DNA of 58,402 bases, filler included, from Sluysia triapertura (Eukaryota): NCBI GenBank assembly GCA_046118255.1. It is 4 parts of 4 records of this genome, joined end to end, with 100 filler letters (N's around TTAATTAATTAA, not from the genome) between each part and the next. Parts side by side here need not be neighbours in the genome. Positions count along the whole stretch, not along the records: positions 11,936 to 33,693 come from JBJNIA010247315.1; 3 more parts are not named here. One strand, 5' to 3'. Under the pieces are notes generated by a model, which saw only the letters and a list, made by a program, of their open reading frames with translations, was not told where the DNA came from and did not search any database. A program made the position numbers and the translations under genes. This document shows positions 12,521 to 25,900 of this stretch, piece after piece (the first letter of the stretch is position 1; each line of letters starts with the position of its first letter).

Positions 12521-12967
12521 GCTTTTTAAATAAGTATATTAAGATTATATTAACTCTCTAAGTTAAGTTATATTTCGTTGCATTATTAATTGGGTTTTGT
12601 TATTTTGCATAAGTTATTTTGAATTTTAATCGACGATGATAAAATTTTATATTTAAGTTATATATTTTCCAAATGTATCACTATTATGAAAATAAAAATA
12701 AAAATTAAATTAAAATTAGCCTAACATTATAATTTTGATAGGCATTTCAAAGTTTTTGTGATTAATTTTGTACTTTTTATTAATAACTTAATAATTTATT
12801 AATTAAAAATAATCTTATTAAAAAGTATATTTTTGTTAAATATTATTATTGGTTTCATTAATTGGTTTTATTGATTTTTTTAAATCCATTTGTCTGTTCT
12901 TTATTCTATTAGAGTAATATATCTTATTTTTAATATTTATTTTTAAGCATATATTTTCTAAGTAAAA

Positions 12968-13016
12968 TGAACTGACCGGGGATCGAACCTGAGACATCTC
13001 GCTACGCAGTTAGATG
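12968..13016 (-). pseudogene. 3' part of a tRNA-Ala-derived pseudogene or SINE head
   Basis: Minus strand ...GCGTAGCGAGATGTCTCAGGTTCGATCCCCGGTCAGTTCATTTT: B box plus the same 3' acceptor arm as 35856-35927. Confidence 0.7.
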
Positions 13017-13039
13017 ATTAAAATACGAAAATCGAATAA

Positions 13040-13346
13040 AGTAATTTTCGCCGTGAAAATCTGGATCCATTCCGAACAGTATTGATGATTGAAAAAATTG
13101 TCTTAAAAAATTTTTATTCACACAAAATTAGAATTGATACTAAATGAAAAATGGCGAAATTTCTGAAATTGACGCTAGTTTATATATTAGTCATCTTCCA
13201 ATAGTAATCGATAGAATGTTTTAGAAACTTCTTTTCTATTTTTAGTAAACAATTATCTTTTTTAGAAAATAACTTATTTTATTGAAAAATGGAGGTTACT
13301 TTAGCGCAGTAAATTATTTTGAATTTTTAAAAGGGATGTGATGACA
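13040..13346 (-). mobile_element. Inverted partial copy of the TGTCATCAC LTR-like family
   Basis: Minus strand GTTAAGT|TGTCATCAC...TTCTAAAACATTCTATCGATTACTATTGG...TATATAAACTAGCGTCA...TTCGCCATTTT matches 16611-16830. Confidence 0.65.
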
Positions 13347-14057
13347 ACTTAACAAAATAATAACTTAAAAATAATAATTACAGTTTTAATAAAATAATTA
13401 TAATAAATATAATAATTATACACATTTTAAAGTCCTAGAGGTCTTGTTAATAATTATAAGTACAAAATGGCATTTAAGGTCACAAATAAAAAACAACATT
13501 TAATTATAAATCTGTACTTAAAAAATTAGCACACATGACTGATTTGTTAAATAATACATTTCAAACAATGACTTAACACTTAGCACTTGGTACATTGACA
13601 TTTGGCAACATTTTTTCATTATTATTTTGTAAAAAATTTGTAAAACTAGGTTAACATTATTATTTTCGTAGTTTTCGTTTATATCATTGAGTTAAATACT
13701 ATTTTAACATTTAAAATATATTGTTCTTATTTAGGTTAAAACTTCAATTTAGTAAATGTCTGTGATGACAAATAAACAATTATTTAACTTTTGATTTTCA
13801 AATTACTTCATCATTCGACGATTTCAACAATTTACATTTGTTTAATCCATCAGATAAAATTTACGTTAATTTTATTAATAAGTTTAATGCTATTTTTCAC
13901 GATCATTTTAAATTGACCCATAAAATTTTGTTGAAATATTAATATTCAATTAAAAGTCTTTGTAGTTTTTTATTGTGATTTATTATCCATCTTCTTATTA
14001 AATAACCTTCTCCTACTTCGTAAATTATCAGCGTATTTTAAAGTGCTATTTCAAATG

Positions 14058-15796
14058 TGTGGTGGCCAACCTAATAACCTTAACCAATAAATTGATGTAA
14101 AATAACTAACCTAACCAATTGGCTAACCATTCAAAATACTTTAAAGACTATTTGATTGAACGGTCAAACAAGTTACAATAAAACCAGACAACCCAATAAA
14201 AATAAAAACAATAACGCTCATAAAAAGATAAAAGAAAGAAATTTTGTTAAGGCAAACAGTAAAAAAATTTTGAAGCCAGTACAAATAAAAAAGAAATAAT
14301 AAAATATTATCCCTTAACAAACAGTGAATCTGAATTTGGCTTGGTCAACTATCATCAAACTATTGTTGACGATCAGCAGAGTGCCTCAGATAATAATGAA
14401 ATAAAAAGATTTATAAAAGAAGGTGACGAAGAGATTGAAAAAGAAAGTAAATCATATAATTCAAATGAAAATCTTGATTACCAAATTAAAAAGGAAATCA
14501 TGAATAAAAGTAACCGTTATTTATTTACATGCTATGAATCTACTTTTGGTTTAGTCGACATTTATCAAATTGTCGTTAGTTATCAACAAAATGTTTCAAA
14601 CAACAATGAATATCTAATCCTAAGACATTATAAAAATGTTATTAACCATTTCGATTATTTCGACAAAATAAACCCCGATATTAATAATGACAAGTACAAA
14701 AATTGTATGAAATAATATTCAAAGAATACAATACAATTGTAAAGTCACCTTATAATCATATGCCTGATCAAGTTTATAAACAGATAAATTTTGATGATTT
14801 TTACAAATGTTATAAAATTGACCGCGATCTCATGTTTTATCATCATAAGAATCTTAACTATGATCAAGATAATAGAAATAAAGAAAAGAAAATTGTGAAA
14901 GCTATCCAACTTTTCAGTGACATTGATAATAAATATAAATCACGCGCTTATGAAAAAGATTATGAAGCTGATCTCTTTTCTTATCATAACTTCCACAAGA
15001 ATGATAAAACAAAACAAGTTTTTTTTTACTGGTAACGTTCTTTTCTTCGTATGAAATGGGAACCTGTTTAAAGAATTGAGCTGAATGCAATTACATACAC
15101 GGAATGACCAATACACAAATCCTAGAATTGTATGAAAGCATCCAGTTTATGGTCTCGCAAGCTGCTAGTAATAATCATACAGTAAAATCTAATAAAGTAA
15201 TATTAATTGTGTTTTTAGATAATTATTGTATTAAATTTTCTTTAGATAGTGAAGCATGGTGTATTCAAGAAGTTTATGCAGAAATAAACATGAGTATGTT
15301 AAAATTTGAAGTGTTAAGTTTGGAAATAATATTTGTTCGTTCACTTCCTTTGTATGATCAGTGTAATTTGTAATATATTATTAAACTTTGAAATAATAAG
15401 TAAATTTGACTCAAAACAAAAAATAAAAGAAGCAATTATTAGATCTATGGTGTAAAACTAACTATGGTGTAAATTTAAAACAGAGAATAGACTATTCACA
15501 AAAATATAAAACACCAAAAAATGAATCCATAAACAATTTATATCGTTGCAGTTTGACGTAAAACCCATCGTTCTTTAAAAGCATTTTAAGGCATATTTTA
15601 AAAAATATTTTTAGAAATTAAATTGTCATCAATTCAACTCTAATCAACAGACGTCACAATACAATAACTATAATTTCAATAAAGTTCATAATTCCATATT
15701 CATTTTGAGTTTAACATTAAGTAAACATACTCAAACATAAATTAACAAATATTTTTCTACTAATTATATATAATAAATAATGTCTTAAATACCACA
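14058..15796 (+). mobile_element. Candidate full-length non-autonomous LTR-type element carrying the CCCH-family ORF
   Basis: Begins TGTGGTGGCCAAC and ends ACCACA, flanked by AAATG/AAATA (5-bp TSD with one mismatch). A decayed TATGGTG restart plus CA-rich tract begins near 15446. One frameshifted ORF lies inside; no gag/pol motifs seen. Confidence 0.45.
14341..15373 (+). pseudogene. CCCH-family ORF copy A (finger degenerate)
   Basis: Three listed ORFs form one disrupted frame. KYKSRAYEKDYEADLFSYH (about 14931-14990) reads as a YKxxxC-x8-C finger with C>Y and C>F. RSFLRMKWEPV*RI matches copy F ESILSTLRIEPVFKI, and DRDLMFYHHKN matches copy B DDFIMWQIKN. Confidence 0.55.
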
Positions 15797-16610
15797 AAAT
15801 AATGTTTATCAATCGTTACATCTTCTTATTCATATCAGCATTCTACCAAAAATGTTTACTGCTTAATTCGAATAACTTAATATCAAAACATTCAATGGAA
15901 AATAATGAATGACAATTAATATTAGATAAGTACAGATGATAAATCAATGATTTAGTTATTGTATTATAATGGAAAATAAACATTTTTGTATTTTTTACTT
16001 TGTTTAATTTTAATTATTTAAATTTAACAATTGAAAAAAGGATTGTTTCAATATCATCTGGTTTAATCAAATTTTTAAACGTATGTCTAATATCAAGTTT
16101 AGTAAAAATTATTTTTCAAAACACACTAACAAACTATTATATTAATTACTAAAGTACATTTTTTAGAAAACTGAATCAAGAATCACTGCAAGTTAGAAGA
16201 AAACGTTAGAATAATTTTTGCTAGAGAGGCAGATAAACAATAGAGGTAAATGGGTTACAAAAAAATGCCCATTTTACTTTCACATTCCAATAAGGATAGA
16301 GAAAATAGACGAAGATTATTCAGAAATAGCTAATCAGATAGATAAACTGATTATTTAATATAAAACTATTATAATATTTTATAAATAATGCAATATAATA
16401 TAAAATATTAAGTCTCAAAAATGTATTTAAAATAAGAGAATCAGAACCACAGAGTGGAATTTACAGTGAAGATTATAATTATTGGAAAAAATTAAAAATT
16501 ATTTAAATAAAATTTGCTGTATTATTATGAAATTCTATTATATTTTGAAATTCATATATGATAATCATATTGACTAACATTATAAATTGTTCTATTCTTA
16601 TTTGTTAGGT

Positions 16611-17291
16611 TGTCATCACGACCATTTAAAATCACGAAAAATGCATTAAAATTATTTAAAAATCAATTAAAATGCTTTAGAAATCTTTGAAATTACTTTT
16701 AAAATATTTATTTTCCAAAAAAGAAAATTAGCTTCTAAAATGTTCTAGAACATTCTATCGATTTTCATTGGCTGATAACTAGTATATAAGTTAGCATCAG
16801 TACAATGAAAATCGCCATTTTGAAATCATCGCCATTGTGGATTTTATTTTGTTTTACAACTCAATCACTGGACAATCGTTGATTTAATCCATGATTAAAA
16901 TAATTTATTTTTATTAAGTTTATGTTAATTTCGTGTAAGGAAATTAATATAATAAAATTTACGTAAAATCAAAATCTGTTTAATAAAGTGTAAGGTTTCC
17001 CTGATATATTGAGGGGCAAAATACAGGAGTTGTTAAGTTAAATACTAGTTGTTAGTTTTAAATTTAATAAATTTTCATTAAAATTCAATCTTTATATTTA
17101 ACCCTACCGTTCCTTAATTTTATAAACAATTTATATTATTCAATTTTTGTAATTATTGTAATAAACGTGTTTTGAATTCTCTTTTTTGATTTCATTTATT
17201 GTATAATAATTCCAGCCCTTATTTATTAAGTTTTTTAGACCCTCTATCATTAAATTTTGTTAAATAGAGTCATTACACCCTCTTTACGACA
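16611..17291 (+). mobile_element. Solo LTR-like element (TGTCATCAC family), 681 bp
   Basis: TGTC...GACA inverted termini, flanks TAGGT/TAGGA, internal ATTGG (CCAAT) and TATATAAG boxes, AATAAA near 16982. Homologous copies at 12040, 13040 and 37226. Confidence 0.65.
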
Positions 17292-17939
17292 TAGGACGTT
17301 TTGCCGTAGGTTAAGATTTAAAAAACTGCAGTATAATTATCACATGTGATCCCTTTGTGGTTATAGTAGTGTATGATATATTTGTTTATCATTAAATGTA
17401 GTTTTGAAAGTGTTAATAATACAAAGAAAAACTTACCTTATTTCATTTAAAATTACTAAAAATAATATTACTAATATAAATAATGAGTGTTTAACAGTTT
17501 GGTAAATCAATTAAGTCAGTAACATTTATTCTGCTCATTGGAAAAGTTCGCGTATTAGATTCTTGTGTGACCCGAATAAAGAATTCATTTATTTTGCGAT
17601 AGAGAATTTTTTGAAAATATCATTGAGCTTTTTAATGTTAAGTTTAATCTCTGTTAGGAGATATAAAAATACTACTTAAAATCCTAATCATTACGTTTAA
17701 TTTCGGCTAGACACAAAATGACTCATATAATTCAAGCTGCTTTATTTCTTTCTCATAATTCATGAATTATCACATTAAAAATTTCAATAAAGTACTTTTT
17801 TTAAGAAAAATAAATATTAAATTAATTTATTTTCAAAAATTTACTGCAGTAATTTACGAATAAAAAGTATGTACAAAAAAGTAAAATAAAAATTAAATTA
17901 TTTTAGAAATTTCTTTTCAAATTATTTCGTAAAAAATAA

Positions 17940-18450
17940 AACTATATAGCAACCTGGCAAAATCAAACAGAACAAAATAAAACAAATGTCAAACGAATTA
18001 TTTTTTTAAAGTTTTTCTTGCTTTTCTTTTTATTTCTGTTGTTGCTTTTGTGACGTAGATTAGTTGAAGTACGTTTTTTAGCAAAAAAACTACATTCTCC
18101 TATTATTTTTCTGATTGTGCAGATAAAAAAGCATAAAGTATGATGCGAAACGGTGAATTTCAATAGCAACAAATTGTTAACAATCATAGTTATATTTTTC
18201 GCAAACGCTAGAATTAAGTAGTGTTGTTGCACAGGATTAAACTTTTAACTTTAATTTGCAATCTTACAGTTTCAGTAATTTATGAAATTGAGTTTTAGTT
18301 TGAAAGTCTAAGATTTAAAGCAGTTCTAAATGTTGAAGTTTGGTAGGTGAATTGTGAAATAAGTTAGACTTGAAGTTTGGATGTGTTGGTATATGTGTGT
18401 AAGTAGTACCATATGATTGCGTAAAAGGGTGAGAACACCACACCCTTTTC
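17940..18450 (-). mobile_element. 3' LTR-like copy of the TGTGGTG family with polypurine tract
   Basis: Minus strand reads GAAAAGGG|TGTGGTGTTCTC (PPT 18450-18443, terminus 18442), then a CA-rich tract and AGAAATAAAAAGAAAAG as in the 28073 and 43261 copies. It lies downstream of CCCH copy B on the same strand. Confidence 0.5.
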
Positions 18451-19065
18451 ACAAGTATTGTTACTTATCATTATCGTTTAACTACAAGTATCTTTAAAAA
18501 TACCGATAATAAAGTATAATTTGTCAAGATGCACTCTGGCAAGGTGTCTTTGAAAAACTTTCATAATATTGCTAATTTTTTCTTATTTTTCAAATTAATT
18601 TTTAATTAATTTTTTTAAATTAATTTTTTAATCCTATGGAGACGCACTCGTTAGTGACAACACGTAAACTTACTAAACTTTTCTTGTACTTATTAAAGTT
18701 TATACAAACATGTATTCTTTACTTCAAAATAGCAAAAACTGTGTATTATGCTCGGAATACTTCTGAGGGTTTCTTACGTTAAGCTGACAAATAGTTTATG
18801 CTTTGGTTTTCTTATAATAATTGCCGATAAACTTTATTCTCTACAAATGCGTAATTCTTAAAAAGAACTTTCTTATATGTAAATTCTAAAAGATGCACTC
18901 CCCTTGAAGATGCTTATGCTTTAAATTTTATTTTAAGAATATGAGACTCAATACAATTGAATTTATGTTTTTTTCATCTAGTAACTTATTACTACTTATA
19001 GATCCAAATGATCAATTGAAATATTACGTTTAATTCGATTGAACTTGACTTCGTTAACTTAGTAA

Positions 19066-20260
19066 TTACTTTAAAAAAATCAACTAAGTAAAAGACATAA
19101 AACTACAAAATATATTACTAAAGATCGAAAAGAAATATATTACAATTTATTCCAAATAACAATAAAAATAAGTCAAAATTATTATTAGAAAAAATAAGAT
19201 TTTAAAAATGATTTTATGTTTAGCCTAAACTAAACATGATTTTTATTTTTGTCTCCTAATACTGATAGTTTCAAAATTTTTAAATCTCAGACACTTGTGT
19301 CAAAATTTGTGTTTTAAGATTTTTAACTTTTAAATAGATTTTTTTACATATTTACGTTTACATTTCATATAATCATTAAAGCTTAAATATTCTTTATTAC
19401 ATTGGATTATTTCCAAGATTTTTTTGAGCTTAATCAAATATATTATATTTAAATTTAAAAATTTAATGACTATTAATCTTGAAGTTTGTTTCTTACAGAT
19501 CATTTTCTTGACACGTTTCAAAAGCAAACTTTCCACGTTTCTATAAAATATTAAATATTAAAACGCAATTATAAAAGTATGAATGCGGTTAGAATGAAGA
19601 ATCAAGTTTACTTTTAAATTATGATACTTGTTATCGTTGAAAGATCTTTCGCTTGATGATGAAATCAGTTGTATTTTTTGCTTGTGATTCACTAACTGTG
19701 ACATCCACACTAAGTTATCCGAGATCTCAGCTACATTGTCTGCATACGAACAGTTACTGCCATACCTCGTGCATTTTCCAACAAGAGTCGCAGCATATAT
19801 GCACCAACCAGACTTAAAGTGTCATGACCCATCATCCAGATCTGATCATATCAATTGAGTTCCGATAGTAGACTAATCAGTTTGAAGGATGTTCTCTTTT
19901 AAAGAACATTCTTCAATGAGTATACTGCCGCTGACTGAACACTTTTGGGGCTTCCAGTTTTTTATTTCTTGAATTATTTCCGGTCTTCCTAATAATTTAA
20001 ACGCATCAAATTGACATATCTAAAATCGATCATGTTAAATTCGTTTTTAATTTGCCACATAATGAAGTCATCTTGTAAACTCTTTAATGTTACATTCGAA
20101 TCACGCTTATTAAAAAAATAAGGCATTATAAATAAGTCATTATTACTTAACTTAAAACGTTTGAGAATAATGTTTACTTCGCTTTCATTATGAATAAATA
20201 ATAGTAAAAAATTGCACTTTGAAAATCATTTTTCTGTAAGTTTTGATAAAACTCACAAAA
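19066..20260 (-). pseudogene. CCCH-family ORF copy B
   Basis: LLFIHNESEVNIILKRFKL...DDFIMWQIKNEF, finger HFKSGWCIYAATLVGKCTRYGSNCSYADNVAEI (final H>D), and C-terminus FSNIFCSFMSFT*LIFLK*. Stops and frameshifts. Confidence 0.75.
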
Positions 20261-20519
20261 CGTTTGTCTTAAATTATTGTTGTAGAGCTCTATTTAAACT
20301 TTGAATTTTATGTTTTACATTTTATATGAATTATTATTATGGATTTTTATTATAAAATTACTTTATGGAATATTTAAAAGTATGATTTTTATTATAAATT
20401 CTTAGTATAATTTTAAATTTTATTACATATTAAATTAACGTGATTAATAGAAAATTGAATTAAATTATTTTTAAATTAAGATAATTTTAAAATAAAAAGT
20501 TCAATGTTGGTATTTAAAT

Positions 20520-21290
20520 TATTTATGAAGGTTTACAATTTATTTAAAAATTACAAGAGGTACAGAATGTATCTTTTGGTAATTTGTTATCTGCTATTAC
20601 GAAATATGACGTATAAAAGAATTGATCAAGTTTGACAATGATTATATATGTTATGGTTGCATGAAATTGTAATTTCTTCGAAGATGAGATCATAGTTAAT
20701 TTTGAAGTATACATTGAAGTATACCTTCATGAACAGAAGGTATGTTCTTCTTCATAACGATATTAAGACTTATATTTCAAATATGTGTAAAATAAAACTC
20801 TATGAACTCTATGAATTTTATAAAAAATCATCAAAATAAATTATGGATACAAAATATTGAAAAATAGATGTTATTTTGATAAGCAACACAATAATTTACT
20901 TTTACATTTTAATTTATGGACCTTAGTAAAAATTGAACATAAAAAAATAATAATGGTTAAACATTTTAATTAATTTCATTATTCAGAAATATTGTTTGGA
21001 AAAAATACAGTTATTTAAATAAAAATATTATTTCTTGAACAATATATTCGTTGGCTACTGATACAGTAGGAATTTGAATATAAAACTTTTTCTGAAAAGA
21101 AACATCTATATCCAAAATACCAGATTAAGTGATATAAATATATCTATCGATATTTACAACGATGTACCAACAAAAATAAAACACTATAAGACAATTTCAA
21201 TTTTTTAAAAATTGCTTATGAATGCTTTTATAAAAATATATTTATCACTTTGAGTAGTTATAATTTTATGAAAATTATATATATTAATAT
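20520..21290 (+). pseudogene. CCCH-family ORF copy C (finger largely deleted), head-to-head with copy B
   Basis: QEVQNVSFGN matches copy F VQVQNISTN. C-terminal DNFNFLKIAYECFYKNIFITLSSYNFMKI matches the C-termini of copies D and F. Confidence 0.45.
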
Positions 21291-21479
21291 TAATATTATA
21301 ATTATCAAAAAATTACTTTCGAATATTAATTCATTCAAGAAAAGCAAAACAAAGTATAAATCACCAATAAAATTTCGTTATTCACTTGACAAATAAGATT
21401 TTTTCTTATAACAATTGAATTTTTGAAACTGTAATTCCCTTCATTAGTAGTTTGTCATTATCGTGATATCGAAAAAATT

Positions 21480-22420
21480 TCAGTGTCACTTTGACACTTT
21501 AGTTTAAACTAAATCCCAATTAGAGAATTAGTTATGATCAAAATCGATTTTATACTTGGAATATTCTACTTAAATTTAATATTTCAAGGTTAGTTATTTT
21601 AAGTCATCATTGTTATTTTTATTTGAATTAAAAGTACAGATTCAATTCGACATATTTGACATTTAAAAATGAAATTAATAGTTAATTTTTCAATTTTATT
21701 ATTCACATCAATTTGTAATAGTAATTGATTATTATTTATTGTAGATAATATGATTTTTAATAAAACTAAAAGCAATTTTTAGAAAATAAACAAAGCCTTG
21801 GTATTCCTTGTATTAGACATTATTTTGTATAAATGTTAATTTAAATTTTGAAAACGAAATATGGTACAGTTCAGAACTCCGTAGAACAAAAAATAAAAGA
21901 ATCCAATTTTACGTTTCAATTGATTATGTTATATAAATTATTAAAATAAAAATGTTCTATCTAATCACATTAAACGTCATTGTTTGAAAAATGTCGAAAA
22001 AAGAATTTATTTCAAAATAGAAGCATTAGTTTAGTGTGAAGGCAAGTTGAAGATATGTGTAGAAATTCTTAATTATTAAAGGGTCAATTTTTTGAAAAAT
22101 TAGATTTATGTCTGAAGAATTTAAAAGTTATTTAATTAAATAAAATTTTATTTATTACTTCTGGCTGAAAACATGGATTTCAGTAAAAATCACGATAAAA
22201 CATTAATTTTTTCATCTGGAACTCTACAATAAATCTACAATAACTCTACAATTATAAAGGTAAAAGTTTCTATTAATAATATTTTGTTAAAGAACAACTA
22301 TTACTGAAAAAATGAGTGTAATAAATTTCTGAATAAGTGTCTATTCCAGAATCTAATGCTTGAACTGTTTAGGAAATGTTATGCATAAGGTAAACACTTG
22401 GAGAATGGTCATAACATGAA
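21480..22420 (+). mobile_element. Highly decayed Helitron/Helentron-like relic (PIF1 C-terminus plus AP-endonuclease-like segment)
   Basis: In order: VQIQFDIFDI, KRIQFYVSIDYVI*IIK (cf. RxQFPLxLAYAITIHK), ITLN...LKNVEKRI, LLLLAETWI (cf. EEP-domain ETW motif) and ISVYSR. Many stops. Confidence 0.35.
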
Positions 22421-24127
22421 ATGATTTACTATTAGTTATACTATTAGTTATAATTTACTATTAGTTATTATAATATTATAATATTAGTTATACTTTCACA
22501 ACTAAAAATAATATTTTCTTTTTGGAAATACTGACAGAATTCTGTCATAGATAAATCTGAATAATTCATTCGACTTTACTCTTTTGGACCACTTATTCAA
22601 TAAAGCTTTTTTAAGTTTATTTTATTAAACTCTAAATCTGTATGGATAATAATCACCAACAAAAATTCATTACAATGGTCATTACAAATATTAAAATTTA
22701 AAGTTATTTCAGTAAGAAAAAACCCACACTTAACGCAATAACTTATAATAATTATATTAATCATAATAATGAAAATAATCAAAAATACTTTATTTTTAAA
22801 CTGTTAAATAATTTGTATTTTATTTTTTCATTTTGGTATAACATAAAATATCGTTCTTTGTTTATTTTTTTACATTTTTGTTTAGATTTATAAATGATTA
22901 ATACTAGTATTAATATAAATGTAATTATTATTTGCATTATTACAATAATTTTCACCTTAAGCATCACAAAATTGTATATTTTATATTTTCATTAATATTG
23001 ATTCTTCTTAATATCACCAATTTGATTAAATTCAAATTTAATGCATGCGCTGTATAAATTAAAACAAAATTATAAATACAATTTTTATTTAAAATAAAAA
23101 ACCTAAACTTTAATTTATATGATATGAAACTATTGTGTTTTTTTATAAGATAAGAAATTTTTAGGAAATACATTCTGAATTAATTTAATACTAATACGAA
23201 ACGTTGTGAACAAATCAAAATTAACCAATATTTTTTCTTACAATTTCACTGACTTTTGAAATAAAAACATACTTCATTAACAATATTTTGGAAAAATATT
23301 CTGGCATTGTCATGTTTAGTAATCAATTATCATTTATTGATAGAAAACTAAATATGTACAAATATCTGGTTAAATGAGATAATATATTGTTGTTTATTTT
23401 AATATCGGACAATATCTCATGTTTAACATGGTTTTGGTGAAGAATTTCTTAAATATTTAACATAAATTTTAAAATTTAAGATGTGAAAATGGAAAAAAGT
23501 AAACACGAAAGATCACTTAATCAACATTAATTAAAAATAGAATGTCATTGAGAACACATACGATTTTATTAACACAGACATGAACAAACGAATACTAACA
23601 AGCGCAAACAAATACATACCAAATAAATAAATAAATTATAATATGGCCAATATTACAGGAAAAATTTATTATTGAGACATGATAATCTATACAGAATCCA
23701 CAGTGATAATAAGCTAGGTGATAAGTTATATATATGTTTTATGTTTCCAAAATGTATAACCAGCTACAAAAGAATGTCACATTACTGGAATATTATGTAA
23801 TTTTTGAGTACTTATTTTGCAGTAGATATTATTACGAAAATACATATATTAAGATCATTTATGATTTTAACTATAGAAAAAATTTGCCAAATCATAAAAA
23901 TATAAATAAATAAATAAAATAAGTATAAAAATTTCAATTAATTTTATGTGAAAACTAAAATTTATTTTAAGTGAAGTTTATATAGATTAATAAAAATTAT
24001 TTATCAAATTTTAATTAATTAAATCAGTAATTAAATGAAGTTTGTTTTGAATAATAAAAGTGAAATAAAGGTTTCACTGTGTTTACTTTAATTTTCTATA
24101 CGAATCTCTAAAATATATTCTTTTCAA

Positions 24128-24185
24128 TTTCAAAAAATAAAACAGGAAAAATAAGCAAAAGTTAGACTTTTTATTTCTAAAAAAA
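24128..24185 (+). repeat. About 55-bp dispersed direct repeat, second copy at 27675-27730
   Basis: AAAACAGGAAAAATAAGCA(A/T)AAGTTAGACTT(T/A)TTATTTCTAAAAAA at both sites. Confidence 0.85.
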
Positions 24186-24977
24186 ATTCGTGCAAGATTA
24201 TATATTTGCAATTTTTGTTATCGTGCAAATAGATAATTATTTAATTTTTTTTGAAAGATAAATTTTCTAATGATGATTTTAAGATCGCCCTTAATTATTT
24301 TATCATATTTTCTTTTTAAATTAACGATTCTGAAGTTAATAACAAATATTAAAAAAATGATTGTCATTATAGCACAATTATTTGTACAGAATATACAGTG
24401 ATAAAAAGATAGGTAGTAGTTTATATATTTGAAACAATCCAGAAAATGTAAAATTATTAGAAGTATTTAAAAAAACAATGCTTTTATAATTCAGAATTAT
24501 GAAACATGTCATATTTTAAGCTCTTTTGAATACATATTTTGTAATAGGTAAGGCTCTATTAATTTATATATTGCCATTATTGTTAAATATTTAATACTTA
24601 CAATAAAAAGTAGATAATTACTTTACAAATAATAAATTAAGAATTATCTGATACTTTTTAATTAAGTTTCATAAATTAATAAAAAAAATATTTCTAATAA
24701 ATAACTTTTCTAATAATAACTATTTTAATTAATTTTTATTGTTATGATTAAACAACACTGTGAAGTCAATAATAAACAAGTTACATTTGATATATTTTCA
24801 CTTTAATTTTGTTTTAAACAATGTTTTTTCACTTGATTTCATTTTATTGATTCTATTTGAATTTATATAATGCTGAAGGTTTTTATTTTAAAAGTGTGGC
24901 CAGTGTTTTAAAATCATTTTATAAAAATGAAATGATAAATGTCATTTACATTTTTTAAGATTAGACTGGATTTTGAA

Positions 24978-25100
24978 ATATATAAATGTGTGTCTGTTCG
25001 TTTGTACTCGATAGATTCAAAAACCATACATCCAATCGCCGTGAAAATTTGAGAAATTATTAGGTACATATCAGGGAAAGTTTATAAAAATTTTTTTAAA
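24978..25100 (+). mobile_element. Non-autonomous Helitron 5' end
   Basis: ATATATAAATGTGTGTCTGTTCGTTTGT...AAAACCATACATCCAATCGCCGTGAAAATTTG resembles the recalled invertebrate Helitron 5' segment with a GTCT/GTTT microsatellite. Confidence 0.55.
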
Positions 25101-25839
25101 AATAAGGTGCAACCATGGTAACCATGAATATCTCTGTTTTGTACATATGTTTTATTCAAATGACATATATGTAGGGATAATTTTATTGTTAATTTTCATT
25201 TTGATTTATTGTACACATTTGATCATTAATAAATTATGTCTGATGTATCAAAACTGCCTTTTTGTTCAGATTTTTAACACAACAACGGATACAGCTATTT
25301 ATAAAATATTAATGGCTTAAATATTTTTCAGTAATATACATTTTTGAATGTCAAACACCTTTAAAAATAACAAATCTGATTGACTGGAATTTCTTTAAGG
25401 TAGTAATCTGTCACACATGGTACATTAATTAACTACTGAGTCTACTAATAAAATGAAACTAACGAATTATTGATTTTTTTGTAAAAATTTATAATTATAT
25501 TTAGATTAACAACATTTATATTTTGTAAATGTATTATTTTTATTTAAGGAAAAACATCAGTGATAAAAAAAACAATAAATGAAATATACTGTGTAAAAGT
25601 AAATTCAACTAAGATTGTTGTATACTATTTGATTTTCTCGAAAATACTGAAATACTTAGCATTACTGGTAATTATAATGCATTACTGTACAATTGTTCAA
25701 ACATTTAAAATAAACTTATTTCTCGATTTACATGGATAGGATCTTGAGAAAAACGTGTATATCGAAATTGCAAATTTTTGAATGTAAAACCCTTTGATCA
25801 TATGAAGTTTATTTTAAATATTTAATTTTTAATCTTTTC

Positions 25840-25900
25840 TGAACTGTGTAAAAGCGAAAACGTGTAAAAAAATTACCGTGTAAAACGAGGAATAGGTGTA
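25840..25900. mobile_element. Right end of a Tc1/pogo-type MITE
   Basis: Repeated (C)GTGTAAAA subterminal motifs ending CCGTGTAAAACGAGGAATAGGTG|TA, with a TA target. Confidence 0.5.
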
